Positions 18,791-31,113 of a DNA stretch of 64,000 nt are shown one piece after another. The notes under the pieces are model-generated. The model did not search any database, had not been told where the DNA came from, and saw only the letters and a list, made by a program, of their open reading frames with translations. Each line of letters begins with the position of its first letter. Position 1 is the first letter of the stretch. Origin of the DNA: an uncultured delta proteobacterium. Its GTDB lineage: Bacteria; Myxococcota_A; Polyangia; Polyangiales; JAFGIB01. The DNA lies in contig CAVZVA010000011.1 of NCBI GenBank assembly GCA_963778655.1, positions 128,001 to 192,000 on the forward strand, in the 5' to 3' direction. The position numbers and the translations under genes are program-made.

Positions 18791-19878
18791 GGCAGCGAGC
18801 GCGCGACCAGATACACGTACCCGATCACGCCTGGTTGGATTTGCACGGTGCCGGTCGCGACTTCCATGCCGCTGTGCGTGTCGACGGCGTGCACGGTGAT
18901 AGGCCGCGCCGGCACGTTGAAAGCGCCGCCGACCCCGTCCCGCGTGGTCGCCTTGAGCGTGACCGACACGCCGCCCGAGGGATCGGTGTAGAAGATCGGG
19001 GAGGCGCCGTCATTGGGCTCGAAGCTCACCTCGACATCCGGCGCCTCGGCGCGCGGCAGGTCGGGGGCGTTGAGGTAGCGCATTGGCAGGCAGCCCTGCA
19101 CCCGGAAGATCAGAAAGCCGGTCTCGGGGTCGAAGGACGTATCTACGCCGACGATCCCGGCAAGCACCTGGAGCGCTCCGTTGGTCAGCTGATACTGGGT
19201 GAAGCCACCGACGCGATAGATGGGCTCGCTCCACTGCACGTTGCTGTCGACGTAGCCGCCACCGCTGAAGTCGAACAGGCCGTTAAAGCTCGACTGCACG
19301 GTCAGCGCAACCATGCCGTCGTCCCCGGTCGTGGCTTCGTCCACGCGTCCGGTCGTGCAGCTCGGGTCGACCGGCTGGCAGGCCTTGACCCGCACGTCCG
19401 GCAGCGGCTTGTCCGGAACCGCCGCGAAGTCGATCACGCGCACCCCGACCTTCAGATCGGCGTCTGGCGTCGGCCAGTGGTAGTTGTCCACGCAGCCCCA
19501 GTTGACCTGGCATGGCTGCTCGCAGTGCGTCTGCATGCAGCCGAGCAGCGGGTCGAAATCTGTGGAGAAATCGGCCGCGGGAGTGATCGGCTCGAGCAGA
19601 TCCTTGCCGCAGTCGGTGCCCTCACCGCAGGCCTTGGCCAGGTCGCAGCAATTCTCGCGGATGCAGGCGTCGCAGGCGCCCGGCAGCTTGTCCGACAGAC
19701 CGCAGGCATCGCCCGAGAGCGGGGCGGCGTCCGCCCCCGCGTCGGCCGCGCCTGCGTCCGCGCCCGTGCCCTTGGCCTTGCCCGCGTCGGCGGGGCTCTG
19801 CTTGAAGCTCGGCAGCAGGCAGCCGCCCAGCACGAACGCGCAGCCGAGCAGCGCGCAGGCGCGCCCGAGCCGCTTCAC
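18787..19878 (-). CDS. Cys-rich lipoprotein with carboxypeptidase-regulatory-like C-terminal region
   Basis: Lipobox LGGC; CDACIRENCC...C motif typical of myxobacterial proteins; GTGA overlap with the upstream gene. Confidence 0.7.
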   Translation of the reverse strand: MKRLGRACALLGCAFVLGGCLLPSFKQSPADAGKAKGTGADAGAADAGADAAPLSGDACGLSDKLPGACDACIRENCCDLAKACGEGTDCGKDLLEPITPAADFSTDFDPLLGCMQTHCEQPCQVNWGCVDNYHWPTPDADLKVGVRVIDFAAVPDKPLPDVRVKACQPVDPSCTTGRVDEATTGDDGMVALTVQSSFNGLFDFSGGGYVDSNVQWSEPIYRVGGFTQYQLTNGALQVLAGIVGVDTSFDPETGFLIFRVQGCLPMRYLNAPDLPRAEAPDVEVSFEPNDGASPIFYTDPSGGVSVTLKATTRDGVGGAFNVPARPITVHAVDTHSGMEVATGTVQIQPGVIGYVYLVARSLP

Positions 19879-20984
19879 AGCGCGCCTCGCACACCCGCGT
19901 ACCCTGGCCCGAGCAGCGGCTGCAGCGACGCGTGCTCGGAGCCGGCGTGCCCGCCGCCCAGCAACAGCACCAGGCCGACCGCGGCGCCGGCCACGCCCAC
20001 GCCGAAGGTGGTGCCGGCGAGCGCGCGCAGGGTGTCGTAATGCTGGACCGTGCCGTGCTCGGCCGGCGGGCACACGCGGCCTGGACAGCGGCTGTCGAGC
20101 TCGGACTTCTGCCCGAGCGCCAGACCGAAGGTCACGGCCGAGGCGACCAGCGACGCGCCGCCGACCGAGAGCACCACCCAGCCCACGGCATGGCGCGCCG
20201 AATGCCCGCCTCCGGCGGGGGCCGGCGCCGTCGCGGACGCCGTCTGCAACGCGGGTTTGGCGCCGCCGGTCGCGGGCGGCGTAGCGGCGCCCGAAGGCAA
20301 GAGTGAGAGCTCGAGCGGCGCGCGGTCCTGCGCCTGCACGTCGAGGGTGCGCGTGCGCGTGGGGTAGCCGGGCGCGCTGACCCGCAGCTCGTGGCGACCG
20401 GGCAGCAGCAGCAGCTCGTCCTGACCGACCAGCGTGGGCGACTTGTCGTCGACCAGCAGGCTCGCCCCGGGCGGCCGCAGCCGCAGGCGGTAGCGACCGA
20501 CGTGGTGATTCGCGCGCTCAATCAGACCGCGCACGTGCCGCCGCTGCTCGTCGGTCAGCGGCTTGCGCGGGTCGACCAGCGAGGCCTCCAGGTTCTGCAA
20601 CGCGCCGATGAAGTCGCCTTGGTTGAAGGCGGCCATGCCGATCGTGCGCAGCGTTCGCGCGGTCGGGTCGAGGCCGTGCGCGCGCTCGAACAGGCGCCGC
20701 GCCTCGTCCCAACGGCCGGCGTCGTAGGCGGCCAGCGCTCGCAGCACCAAGTCGTCGTACTCGCTGGTCGGGGCGGCGGGCGCGGCCGCCGCCGCAGCCT
20801 GCGCCGGAGCTTGGCCCGCAGGCGCTGGGGCTGCCGCGGGCGCCGGGGCAGGTGCCGCCGCAGGTGCCGGGGCAGGCGCGGCCTGGGCCCGGCCCGGCGC
20901 GCAGTGAGCCACCTCATAGACGCACGCCGCGCACGCGAGCACGATCAGGAAGGAGCCAGGTTCGCGCTTGCTCCAGGTCGTCAC
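19875..20984 (-). CDS. TPR + PEGA domain protein with C-terminal membrane segments
   Basis: Ala/Pro linker; TPR YDAGRWDEARRLFERAH; PEGA-like PPGASLLVDD..LPGRHELRVSAPGY; C-terminal GYAGVRGAL; start approximate. Confidence 0.8.
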   Translation of the reverse strand: MTTWSKREPGSFLIVLACAACVYEVAHCAPGRAQAAPAPAPAAAPAPAPAAAPAPAGQAPAQAAAAAAPAAPTSEYDDLVLRALAAYDAGRWDEARRLFERAHGLDPTARTLRTIGMAAFNQGDFIGALQNLEASLVDPRKPLTDEQRRHVRGLIERANHHVGRYRLRLRPPGASLLVDDKSPTLVGQDELLLLPGRHELRVSAPGYPTRTRTLDVQAQDRAPLELSLLPSGAATPPATGGAKPALQTASATAPAPAGGGHSARHAVGWVVLSVGGASLVASAVTFGLALGQKSELDSRCPGRVCPPAEHGTVQHYDTLRALAGTTFGVGVAGAAVGLVLLLGGGHAGSEHASLQPLLGPGYAGVRGAL

Positions 20985-21232
20985 ATGAGCTTCCAAAGCC
21001 AAGCCACCCCCGGCGCTGCCGCTTCCTTTACCAAAGGTGAGGCCTGGAGCGCCAGCTCTCTGCAGCGGCCGTTCGCCCCGGCGGCATCGGCAAGCCGGAG
21101 CATGGCGCGGCGCGCGGTTCGCGGCGATGAACCAGCTCACAGCCACGGCGCATGCGCGCCGGAGACGGCATGCCGCGCGCTCGTCAAGCTCGGCGCTTCG
21201 TGGGATAGTCGCGCGGGGACAGGAGCGCTCGC

Positions 21233-22819
<1,587 letters not shown>

Positions 22820-22825
22820 CGCGGG

Positions 22826-22842
22826 CTAGGGACTGTCCCTAG
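22826..22842. repeat. 17-bp palindrome CTAGGGAC-T-GTCCCTAG between convergent genes
   Basis: Perfect inverted repeat read directly. Confidence 0.7.
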
Positions 22843-22849
22843 ACTTAGG

Positions 22850-24346
22850 CTAGGCGCGCAGCTCGCGCTTGAGGATCTTGCCGGTCGGCCCCTTGGGCAG
22901 CTCGGCCACGAACACGTACTCGCTCGGCAGCTTGTACTTGGCCAGGTTCTCGCGCAGGTGGTCCTCCACCTGCGCCTGGCTGAGGTCTTCGCCCGGCCGC
23001 ACCGAGATCACCGCGCGCACCTGCTCTCCTTTGGCTTCGTCCTGCACCCCGACCACCGCGGCCTCGGCCACCTGCGGCATCTGGTACAGCACCTCCTCGA
23101 TCTCGCGCGGGTAGATGTTGTAGCCGCTCTTGATGATCATGTCTTTCTTGCGATCGACGATGAACACGAAGCCGTCCTCGTCGACATAGCCGATATCTCC
23201 GGTGTGGAACCAGCCGTCGACGATCGCCTCGGCGGTGGCCTCGGGGCGGTTGAGGTAGCCGACCATCAGGTTCGGTCCGCGCACCACGATCTCGCCGCGC
23301 TGCCCAACCGGCACCTCGCAGCCCTGCTCGTCGATGATCTCGAGCTCGACCGCGGGATAGGGCTTGCCCACCGAGCCCTCGCGCTTGGCCGAGGGGCGGT
23401 TGCAGCACACGCTGACGGTGGTCTCGGTCAGGCCGTAGCCCTCGTAGATCGGCACCTGGAACTTGTGCTCGAAGCTGCGCATCACCTCGACCGGCATGGC
23501 CGCGCCGCCCGAGATGCAGTAGCGCAGCTTGGGAAAGCGCAGGGTCGCGATGTCCGGGTGCTTCATCAAGTAGAAGTACATGGTCGGCACGCCGGGGAAG
23601 ACGGTGATGCCGTCCTCCTGCAGGCTGCTTGCGGCGGAAGCCAGCTCGAACTTGGGGTGCAGCACCACCGTGCCGCGGTTGCGAATGCTGGAGTTGAGCA
23701 CGCCGTTGAGCGCGAACACGTGGAACAGCGGCAGCACGCACAGCACCTTGTCGTCGTCTTCGGGCGGGAACAGGTCGTCGGTCATGTCGAGCTGCGCGCT
23801 CACGTTGCGGTTGGTGATGACCGCGCCCTTGGGCTTGCCGGTGGTGCCCGAGGTGTAGATGGTGAGGATGTGCTCGTCGGGCTCGCTTTCGCGCGGCGCG
23901 ACCGGGCTCTGGCCCTCGATCAACGAGCCGTAGGGGATGTGGCGTCCGGGCTTGCCGACCACGAACACCTTGGGCGGCACGGGCAGCTCTGCGAGCGCGG
24001 CCTCGACCGCGGGCAGAAACGCCTCGAACACGAACAGCGCGGCGATCGCGCTGTCCTCGACCAGATAGCGCACCTCGGGCGCGGTCAGCAGCACGTTCAT
24101 CGGCACCACCACGTTGCCGTTGAGCCACGCGCCGTACAGCGCCTCGGCGAACTGCGGCAGGTTCGGCAACATGATGCCGACGCTCTGCCCCGGCCGCAGG
24201 CCTTGCGCCGCGAGCCCGCTCGCGAGCTTGCGCGCGTTGTCGGCGAGCGCGCCGTAGCTGATGCGCTGGCCCATGAACTCGAGCGCGATCCGCTCCGGCT
24301 GCTCGGTCTGCGCGGAAAGCAGTTGCTCGAACACGTGCTTGGTCAT
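22850..24346 (-). CDS. Long-chain fatty acid-CoA ligase (FadD-like)
   Basis: IYTSGTTGKPKG, YEGYGLTE, WFHTGDIG, DRKKDMI, LPKGPTGKILK; GGAGG RBS. Confidence 0.93.
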   Translation of the reverse strand: MTKHVFEQLLSAQTEQPERIALEFMGQRISYGALADNARKLASGLAAQGLRPGQSVGIMLPNLPQFAEALYGAWLNGNVVVPMNVLLTAPEVRYLVEDSAIAALFVFEAFLPAVEAALAELPVPPKVFVVGKPGRHIPYGSLIEGQSPVAPRESEPDEHILTIYTSGTTGKPKGAVITNRNVSAQLDMTDDLFPPEDDDKVLCVLPLFHVFALNGVLNSSIRNRGTVVLHPKFELASAASSLQEDGITVFPGVPTMYFYLMKHPDIATLRFPKLRYCISGGAAMPVEVMRSFEHKFQVPIYEGYGLTETTVSVCCNRPSAKREGSVGKPYPAVELEIIDEQGCEVPVGQRGEIVVRGPNLMVGYLNRPEATAEAIVDGWFHTGDIGYVDEDGFVFIVDRKKDMIIKSGYNIYPREIEEVLYQMPQVAEAAVVGVQDEAKGEQVRAVISVRPGEDLSQAQVEDHLRENLAKYKLPSEYVFVAELPKGPTGKILKRELRA

Positions 24347-24487
24347 ACCCGTACCTCCGTCACCCCAGATCTTCTTGCATACCACGACAGCCGCCCCCTC
24401 GTCAGCGCGCCGCCCGCAGCCCCGCCAAATGATTGGCCTTTCCGCGGCCGGCGGGGCGGGCGCGCCCGGCCGGCGCGACCCGATCCG

Positions 24488-25902
24488 CTACAGCGCGTGC
24501 TTGGCCTTGATCGCCAGGTAGCGGTTGACCGCTGCGATCGCGAGCTCGGCGGCGGGGGCCTCGACCAGGCCGACGCCGGCCTTGCGCAGGTGCGCCTTGA
24601 CCACCTCGCGGTCCTCGAGCAGCGCGGCGGCGGCCGCGCGGCGGTAGGCCTGGTCGCTGTCGTCCGCGCTCTGCTCCGCCAGCGTCTCGGCCACCTCATC
24701 GTTCATGCTCACGCACAGCGGCAGGTGCTTGCGGCGCAGCAGCGGGGCCTGCTCAGCCAGCGGCAGCGCCTGCGACTCGTCCAGCAGATCGCTGAAGATG
24801 ACCAGCAGCGAGCGCCGCGGAAGCCGCGCGCACACCAGCTCGGAAAAGCGCCGGAAGTCCACGTACGCGGGGCTGGCTTCGACCAGCGAGAGCGCCTCGA
24901 GCATGCGCCGGTACTGCGCGTGGCCACGGCGCGGCGGCACGAAGCTGAGGATGTCCTGCGCGAACACCAGCAGCCCCACCTTGTCGCCCGCCTGCAGCGC
25001 GACGTAGCTGAGCAGCAGCGCCGCGTGAATCGCGTGGTCGAGCTTGGTGAGCGTGGGCGCGCTCGGGTCGGACGCCGCGGCCGGCGGCGGCAGGCTCCCG
25101 CCGTCGCTGCGCGTGCGCCAGGCGCCTTTGTGCTCGCCGGGCGCCGCCAGCGCGGTGGCCATCATGCGCCCGGCGTCCAGCGCCACCACCACGGTCTGGC
25201 TCTGCTCCTGGCCCAGCACACGCGTGACCGGACGGCGGCGCTTGGCGGTCGCCTTCCAGTCGAGGTCGCGGTACGAGTCGCCCGCGACGTATTCGCGCAG
25301 CTGCTCGAACTCGCCGCCGCCGCCCGGACGCCGCACCGCGCGCACGCCCACGTTGCGCAGCGCGTGCAGGCGCAGCGCCAGATCGTAGCGGCGCGGGCCG
25401 CGCAGGCTGGGATAGACGCGCGCCTGCGCCGCGGCCGGGCGGGTGGCGATCACGGCGCCCAGCCCGAGCGACCCCTCGATGCGCAGGTGCAGCGCGCCGA
25501 AGTCGAAGCGCCCGCGCCGCGCGGGCGTGACGCGGTAGCGCAGCTCCAGGCGCTGCCGCGGCGGCAGCTCGGCGGCAAGCTCGTCGGGCTGCGCGCCGAG
25601 GCTGGCCGGGCAGTCGTCGCGTACGCGCAGGCGCAGCCGCCGCGCGGACCGGTTGTCGACCCGGATCACGACGTCGGAGGCGACGCCGACCAGCAGCCGC
25701 GCATCGAAGCGCCGCTGCGCGCGGGGCAGGGCCGCGCGCAGCAGGCCCGCCTCGTAGAACGCGGCGCCCAGCAGCAACGTGTCGTAGAGCATGCCGGCGA
25801 GCAGCCCCGCGCGCCCGAGCGCATAAAGCGGCAGCCCGGCGAGCGCGAGCCACGGCAGTAGGCGGCCGGGAACAAACCTCTGTCGTATCGGCAGGGGCTC
25901 GC

Positions 25903-25906
<4 letters not shown>
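24488..25906 (-). CDS. DUF58 domain protein (vWA-like)
   Basis: [39 protein letters not shown] overlap with moxR. Confidence 0.9.
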
Positions 25907-26865
<959 letters not shown>

Positions 26866-26891
26866 GTGGCGGCGATGCTAGGTCTTTTTTT

Positions 26892-26937
26892 CGGGAGGGT
26901 CACGCGAACGCGAACCTCCCGCGGGGTCGCTGCGCTC
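26892..26937 (+). repeat. Internally shortened copy of repeat family B
   Basis: cgggagggtcacgcga...cctcccgcggggtcgctgcgctc matches both ends of the 50642 and 16016 copies. Confidence 0.6.
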
Positions 26938-26947
26938 CACGTGCTTG

Positions 26948-28360
26948 CTAGCGCGGTGCCGGGACGGTCGCAGTCGGGTCGAGCGCCCGGGCGACGGCTT
27001 CATCGATCCGGCGGCTGGCGGCTGCCAGGTCGCGCTCGTTGGCGAGGATGCGCTCGGCCCGTGCGATCGTGCGCACCGCCTCGGCGGCCTGCTTGGCGCC
27101 GCGCTCGTCCAGGCTGCGCGCCAGCGCGCGCGCGGAGGACGGCGGCAGGTGGTGGTGTGCGGCGACGCGCGCGAGCGCCTGCTTGCCGAGGATGCGGATC
27201 GCGCCGGCCGGGTCGTTTGCGCGTGCGAACAAGCTGCCCATCGCGGACACCAGCGAGGCGATGCCGGCGGGCGCGGGCTCGCTCGGCTCGCGCACCCCGC
27301 CGAAGGACGCGCCGGCGCGCAGCAGCAATAACAGCGCCACCAGCAGCAGCTGCGCGATGAAGGGCGTGGCGCCGGCCTCGCGCAGATAGCGCATCAACGA
27401 GCGGCGCTCGCCCACGCCCAGGTGGTATTCGTCGAACAGCACCGGGCCCGCGGGCGCGTACGCGCGCAGCAGGCGCGCGAACAGCAGCCCGCCGTCGGCC
27501 AGCCCGAGCGCGCGGTTCTGCAGCAAGCTGGCGGACGCCAGCGCGATCACGTGCCCGCGCCCGTGACGCACCACCACGCCGGCCGGACGCGGCTGCTCGC
27601 CCCCGTCCCCGCCGTGACCGGGCAGCTCGAGGATCACGCGAGCGTCCGCGTCGGGCTCGAGCTCGAGCCGCCCGGGCTCCCGCATCGGCAGCGGCTGCAG
27701 CCCGCGCAGCGGGGCGTCGGTCGGGAGGGTCCACGCCACCGCTGGCTTGGCGCGCGCGCGCTCGCTGCCGCCGCTGCCGCCGGAGCCCTCGGCCCGCGCA
27801 CCCGCGGCGGCCACTCCGGCGTCGTCCTGCGCGGGCCCGCAGGCCTGCCCGCCGTCGACGCCCGCGTCCTGGCGCTCGCCGCCGGGCGGGCCGAGCGCTT
27901 CGGGCGGCAGCCCTTGCTCCTGTTGCTGGCGGCGGGCGCGCCGAAAGCGCGTGTCGGCCTCGCAGCCGGCCTCGGCCGCGAAGTCGACGCCCATGCCCTC
28001 GGGCAGATAATGGCGTGCGCCCGCGACCAGCAGCACGCCGCCCTGCTGCACCCACTGCGTGAGCTCGCGGCGCTCGTAGCGCGAGACCGGCCGCGCCATA
28101 CCGTCCTCGCAGTCGCCCAGCGCGACCAGCATGCCGGAGCCGGCGGGCAGCGCGGCCAGATCCTCGGACCAGCGCGCGGGACGTGCCCCCAGCCGCTGGG
28201 CCAGCAGATACAGCGCGCGCACGCCTTCGGGGCCGGAACCGTAGCTGGAGTAGGCGCTGGCGAAGCGGCCGCGATCGGCCACGCGCCGGCACACGAAGCC
28301 TCCGCTGCCGAACACCAGCAGCGCCGCCAGCAGCCACAGCGATCGGCGCGCCAGGCTCAC
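26948..28360 (-). CDS. DUF4350-like membrane protein
   Basis: [37 protein letters not shown]; position in the MoxR cluster. Confidence 0.8.
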   Translation of the reverse strand: MSLARRSLWLLAALLVFGSGGFVCRRVADRGRFASAYSSYGSGPEGVRALYLLAQRLGARPARWSEDLAALPAGSGMLVALGDCEDGMARPVSRYERRELTQWVQQGGVLLVAGARHYLPEGMGVDFAAEAGCEADTRFRRARRQQQEQGLPPEALGPPGGERQDAGVDGGQACGPAQDDAGVAAAGARAEGSGGSGGSERARAKPAVAWTLPTDAPLRGLQPLPMREPGRLELEPDADARVILELPGHGGDGGEQPRPAGVVVRHGRGHVIALASASLLQNRALGLADGGLLFARLLRAYAPAGPVLFDEYHLGVGERRSLMRYLREAGATPFIAQLLLVALLLLLRAGASFGGVREPSEPAPAGIASLVSAMGSLFARANDPAGAIRILGKQALARVAAHHHLPPSSARALARSLDERGAKQAAEAVRTIARAERILANERDLAAASRRIDEAVARALDPTATVPAPR

Positions 28361-29970
28361 GACCGCTCCGCGGAGCTGATGCGCTCGGCGAGCGCGCGAC
28401 ACTGCGCGTAGTCGTCCGCCGTGGCGGGCGCGTGGCCGTACCAGGTGCGGTCGAAGATGCGCGTGAACGCGGCGAAGCTCTGGCGCAGCTCACCCGGCGG
28501 CAGCGCGCGGATGTACTGCCAGTTGGTCTTGGACGGCTCGTACTCGATCAATCGGCCGCGATCGAGCGCGACCAGGCTGGCAAGGTAGAGGGCGCGCAGC
28601 GCGGCCGGGAAGTCGCCGCCGGCGGCGTATGCGGCGGCCTGCTCCAGCAGCGAGCCCGGCTCGCTCGCGGCGATCGGCTCGGGCTCGCTCGGCCCGAGCG
28701 CGCGCGCTCTCTGCAGACGAGCGCGGCCCCGGCCCACGGAGGCGCCGAGTGCGCCGAGCGCGATCAACGCCAGCGCCATCAGCACCCACGGCGAGAGCGG
28801 CGGCAGGCGTAGCGGCGCAGCCTGCTGCTCGCTGGAGTCGTCGCGCTCGGCCACCCAGTCGAACAGCTTGGCCAGCAGATCGCGCAGCGCGTGCGAGTCA
28901 TGCTCGGCGAACTCACGGAACTCGGGCCCGGCGAGGATGGTCGAGACCTGATCGCGAACCTCGGCGTCGGCCTCGGCCCCGGACCCGCTGGGCGGCGCGG
29001 CGTCGGCGCTGACCGGCTGCGCGCGCGCAGGTAGCGCCGTGCACAGCGACAGCGCGAGCAGCACGGCGGCGGCGGCGATCGGCGGCTCGCTGCCGCGGCC
29101 CAGCCCGCGCCGGGGCGCGCTGTGCGCGATCGCGGCGTCGACCGCGGCGTGCAGATCCGCGCCGTCGCGGCGCGAGCGCGCGTCGACGAAGGCCTGGGCC
29201 GAGATCGCGGCCCACAGCGGCTCGAGCAGCACCAGCGTCAGCGCGGCCAGCAGCAGCGGCACCAGGGTGTTGTCGGGCGAGAGGAACTCGGACACCAGCG
29301 CCATGTCGAGCCCGAGCATGGAGTGGCCGAGCAACACCGCCACCGAGCCCAGCGCGTAGAGGTTGGCGAACAACCCGAGCGCGCCGAACAGCGCGAGCAG
29401 CTCGACGATCAGGAACACCCCGCGCATGCCCGCGGTGTCGTCGAAGGCCTGGCCGAACGCTGCAAGACCGCGTTCGCGGGCGCAGGCGGCGCGCGCCAGC
29501 CACGAGGGCGCAACCGCGCCGCGCAGGGCCACGAAGGGCAGCACCGCCGCGACCGCGAACGGCGACAACAGCGCGACGCCCGCGAGCGGCCACAGCCAAA
29601 CCCACAGGCCGAGCCCGACCACGCCCGCGGTGCACGCGACGTCGACCGAGCGCGTGGGCTCGAGCGAGACCGGCAGCGTGGAGCGCAGCGCCAGCGCGTA
29701 AGCGCGGGCCACCCGGCTCAGACGTACGCCGCGAAACAGGAAGCCGAACGCGAGCGCGAGCGCCAGCGGCAGCCGCAGCGAGCGCACGCCCTCGATGCGC
29801 TCGAGGTAGTAGACGGCGAGCGCCAGCAGCGCGAGCGGAGCGCCCGCGACCCACGCCTGCAGCAGCGATTCGAGACCGCCGCGGCGCACCGCGAGCAGCG
29901 CTCCGTCGAGCATCTCGAGCGGGCCGGCGGCGCGCAGCCCGGGCGTCGCGCTGTCGCCGCCGTCGCTCAT
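28357..29970 (-). CDS. Multi-TM protein with C-terminal DUF4129-like domain
   Basis: ALRALYLASL...SKTNWQY...FDRTWYG; multiple TM segments. Confidence 0.75.
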   Translation of the reverse strand: MSDGGDSATPGLRAAGPLEMLDGALLAVRRGGLESLLQAWVAGAPLALLALAVYYLERIEGVRSLRLPLALALAFGFLFRGVRLSRVARAYALALRSTLPVSLEPTRSVDVACTAGVVGLGLWVWLWPLAGVALLSPFAVAAVLPFVALRGAVAPSWLARAACARERGLAAFGQAFDDTAGMRGVFLIVELLALFGALGLFANLYALGSVAVLLGHSMLGLDMALVSEFLSPDNTLVPLLLAALTLVLLEPLWAAISAQAFVDARSRRDGADLHAAVDAAIAHSAPRRGLGRGSEPPIAAAAVLLALSLCTALPARAQPVSADAAPPSGSGAEADAEVRDQVSTILAGPEFREFAEHDSHALRDLLAKLFDWVAERDDSSEQQAAPLRLPPLSPWVLMALALIALGALGASVGRGRARLQRARALGPSEPEPIAASEPGSLLEQAAAYAAGGDFPAALRALYLASLVALDRGRLIEYEPSKTNWQYIRALPPGELRQSFAAFTRIFDRTWYGHAPATADDYAQCRALAERISSAERS

Positions 29971-30248
29971 CCCGGCAACACCGCTTGAAGCAGGGCCCAC
30001 AGGCCCAGCGAGAGCAGCAGCAGATAGCCGGCCGCCGAGAAATAGGCCGCGCGCGGCGAGCTCTCGCGCCGCCGCCCCAGCTTGCGGCCGCCCTCGCGGG
30101 CGAGACCCGCCAGGCAGCGCACGCAGTAGTTGATGCCTTCGACCTTGGTGGCGCACTCGCTGCACACGCGGGCGCGACACTGCACGCAGACGCCGATCGC
30201 CTCGCGCTGCGGATGGTTCTCGCACGCCGCCACCGCGCCGCTGCTCAT
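29967..30248 (-). CDS. Small B-box-type zinc finger membrane protein
   Basis: CENHPQREAIGVCVQCRARVCSEC...YCVRC plus C-terminal TM; ATGA overlap. Confidence 0.8.
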   Translation of the reverse strand: MSSGAVAACENHPQREAIGVCVQCRARVCSECATKVEGINYCVRCLAGLAREGGRKLGRRRESSPRAAYFSAAGYLLLLSLGLWALLQAVLPG

Positions 30249-30322
30249 CGCCTGTTTGTAGCACGCGCGCGCAGCCCGCCGGCCTCTGGCCAGCGCGCTC
30301 GGGTTGGAGTAGGCAATTGTGC

Positions 30323-31042
30323 GTGGAGCCGGTGCTGATCATCAAGACGGGCACGACCATCCCGGCCGTGGCCGCCCGGCGCAGGGACTACGAGACCTGG
30401 ATCGCGAGCGCGATGGGTCTGCCGCGGAGCCACGTGCTGGTGCGCACGGTCTACGCCGGCGAGGAGCTGCCCAGGCCGCGCGAGGTGGCGGCCGCGGTGG
30501 TCACCGGCTCGTCCGCAATGGTGACCGACCGCGAGCCCTGGAGCGAGCGCACCGCCGAGTGGCTGCTCGAGGCGGCGGGTGCGCGGACGCCGGTGCTGGC
30601 GATCTGCTACGGGCACCAGCTGCTCGCGCACGCCTTCGGCGGCAAGGTGGACTACAACCCGCTGGGGCGCCAAATCGGCACCATCGACGTGACGCTAACC
30701 GACGAGGCCGAGCGCGATCCGCTGTTCGGCGGCTTCGAGCGCCTGCTGCACCTGCCGGTCTCGCACCGCCAGTCGGTGACTCAGCTGCCGACGGGAGCGC
30801 GGCGGCTAGCGACCTCCGCGCGCGATCCCAATCACGCCTTCGCGCTCGGCGAGCGCACCTGGGGCGTGCAGTTTCACCCCGAGTTCGACGCGGACATCGT
30901 GCGCGGCTACATCGAAGCGCGGGCCGCGCAGATCGAGGCCGAGGGGATGGACCCGGCGGCGCTCAGCAAGAGCGCGACCGACAGCACGCACGGCACCCTG
31001 CTGCTGCGACGTTTCGCCAACCTCGCACGGCAGGGCCGGTGA
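30323..31042 (+). CDS. Class I glutamine amidotransferase
   Basis: VTGS, ICYGHQ, GVQFHPEF (Cys-His-Glu triad). Confidence 0.92.
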   Translation: MEPVLIIKTGTTIPAVAARRRDYETWIASAMGLPRSHVLVRTVYAGEELPRPREVAAAVVTGSSAMVTDREPWSERTAEWLLEAAGARTPVLAICYGHQLLAHAFGGKVDYNPLGRQIGTIDVTLTDEAERDPLFGGFERLLHLPVSHRQSVTQLPTGARRLATSARDPNHAFALGERTWGVQFHPEFDADIVRGYIEARAAQIEAEGMDPAALSKSATDSTHGTLLLRRFANLARQGR

Positions 31043-31090
31043 GGCAGCTTCAGAGCAAGGCGAGACGGCGCGAAGCGCGGGCCGGTTTGG

Positions 31091-31112
31091 TCTTCCCGTC
31101 TTGCTGTTGCAT
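31091..31112 (-). repeat. Dispersed repeat family A copy
   Basis: Minus strand atgcaacagcaagacgggaaga. Confidence 0.6.
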
Positions 31113-31113
31113 C

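Noticed and set aside
20780..20885. Ala-Pro repeat in the PEGA protein, and Gly-rich linkers at about 13320-13450 and 39710-39800
   Set aside because: Ordinary low-complexity protein linkers
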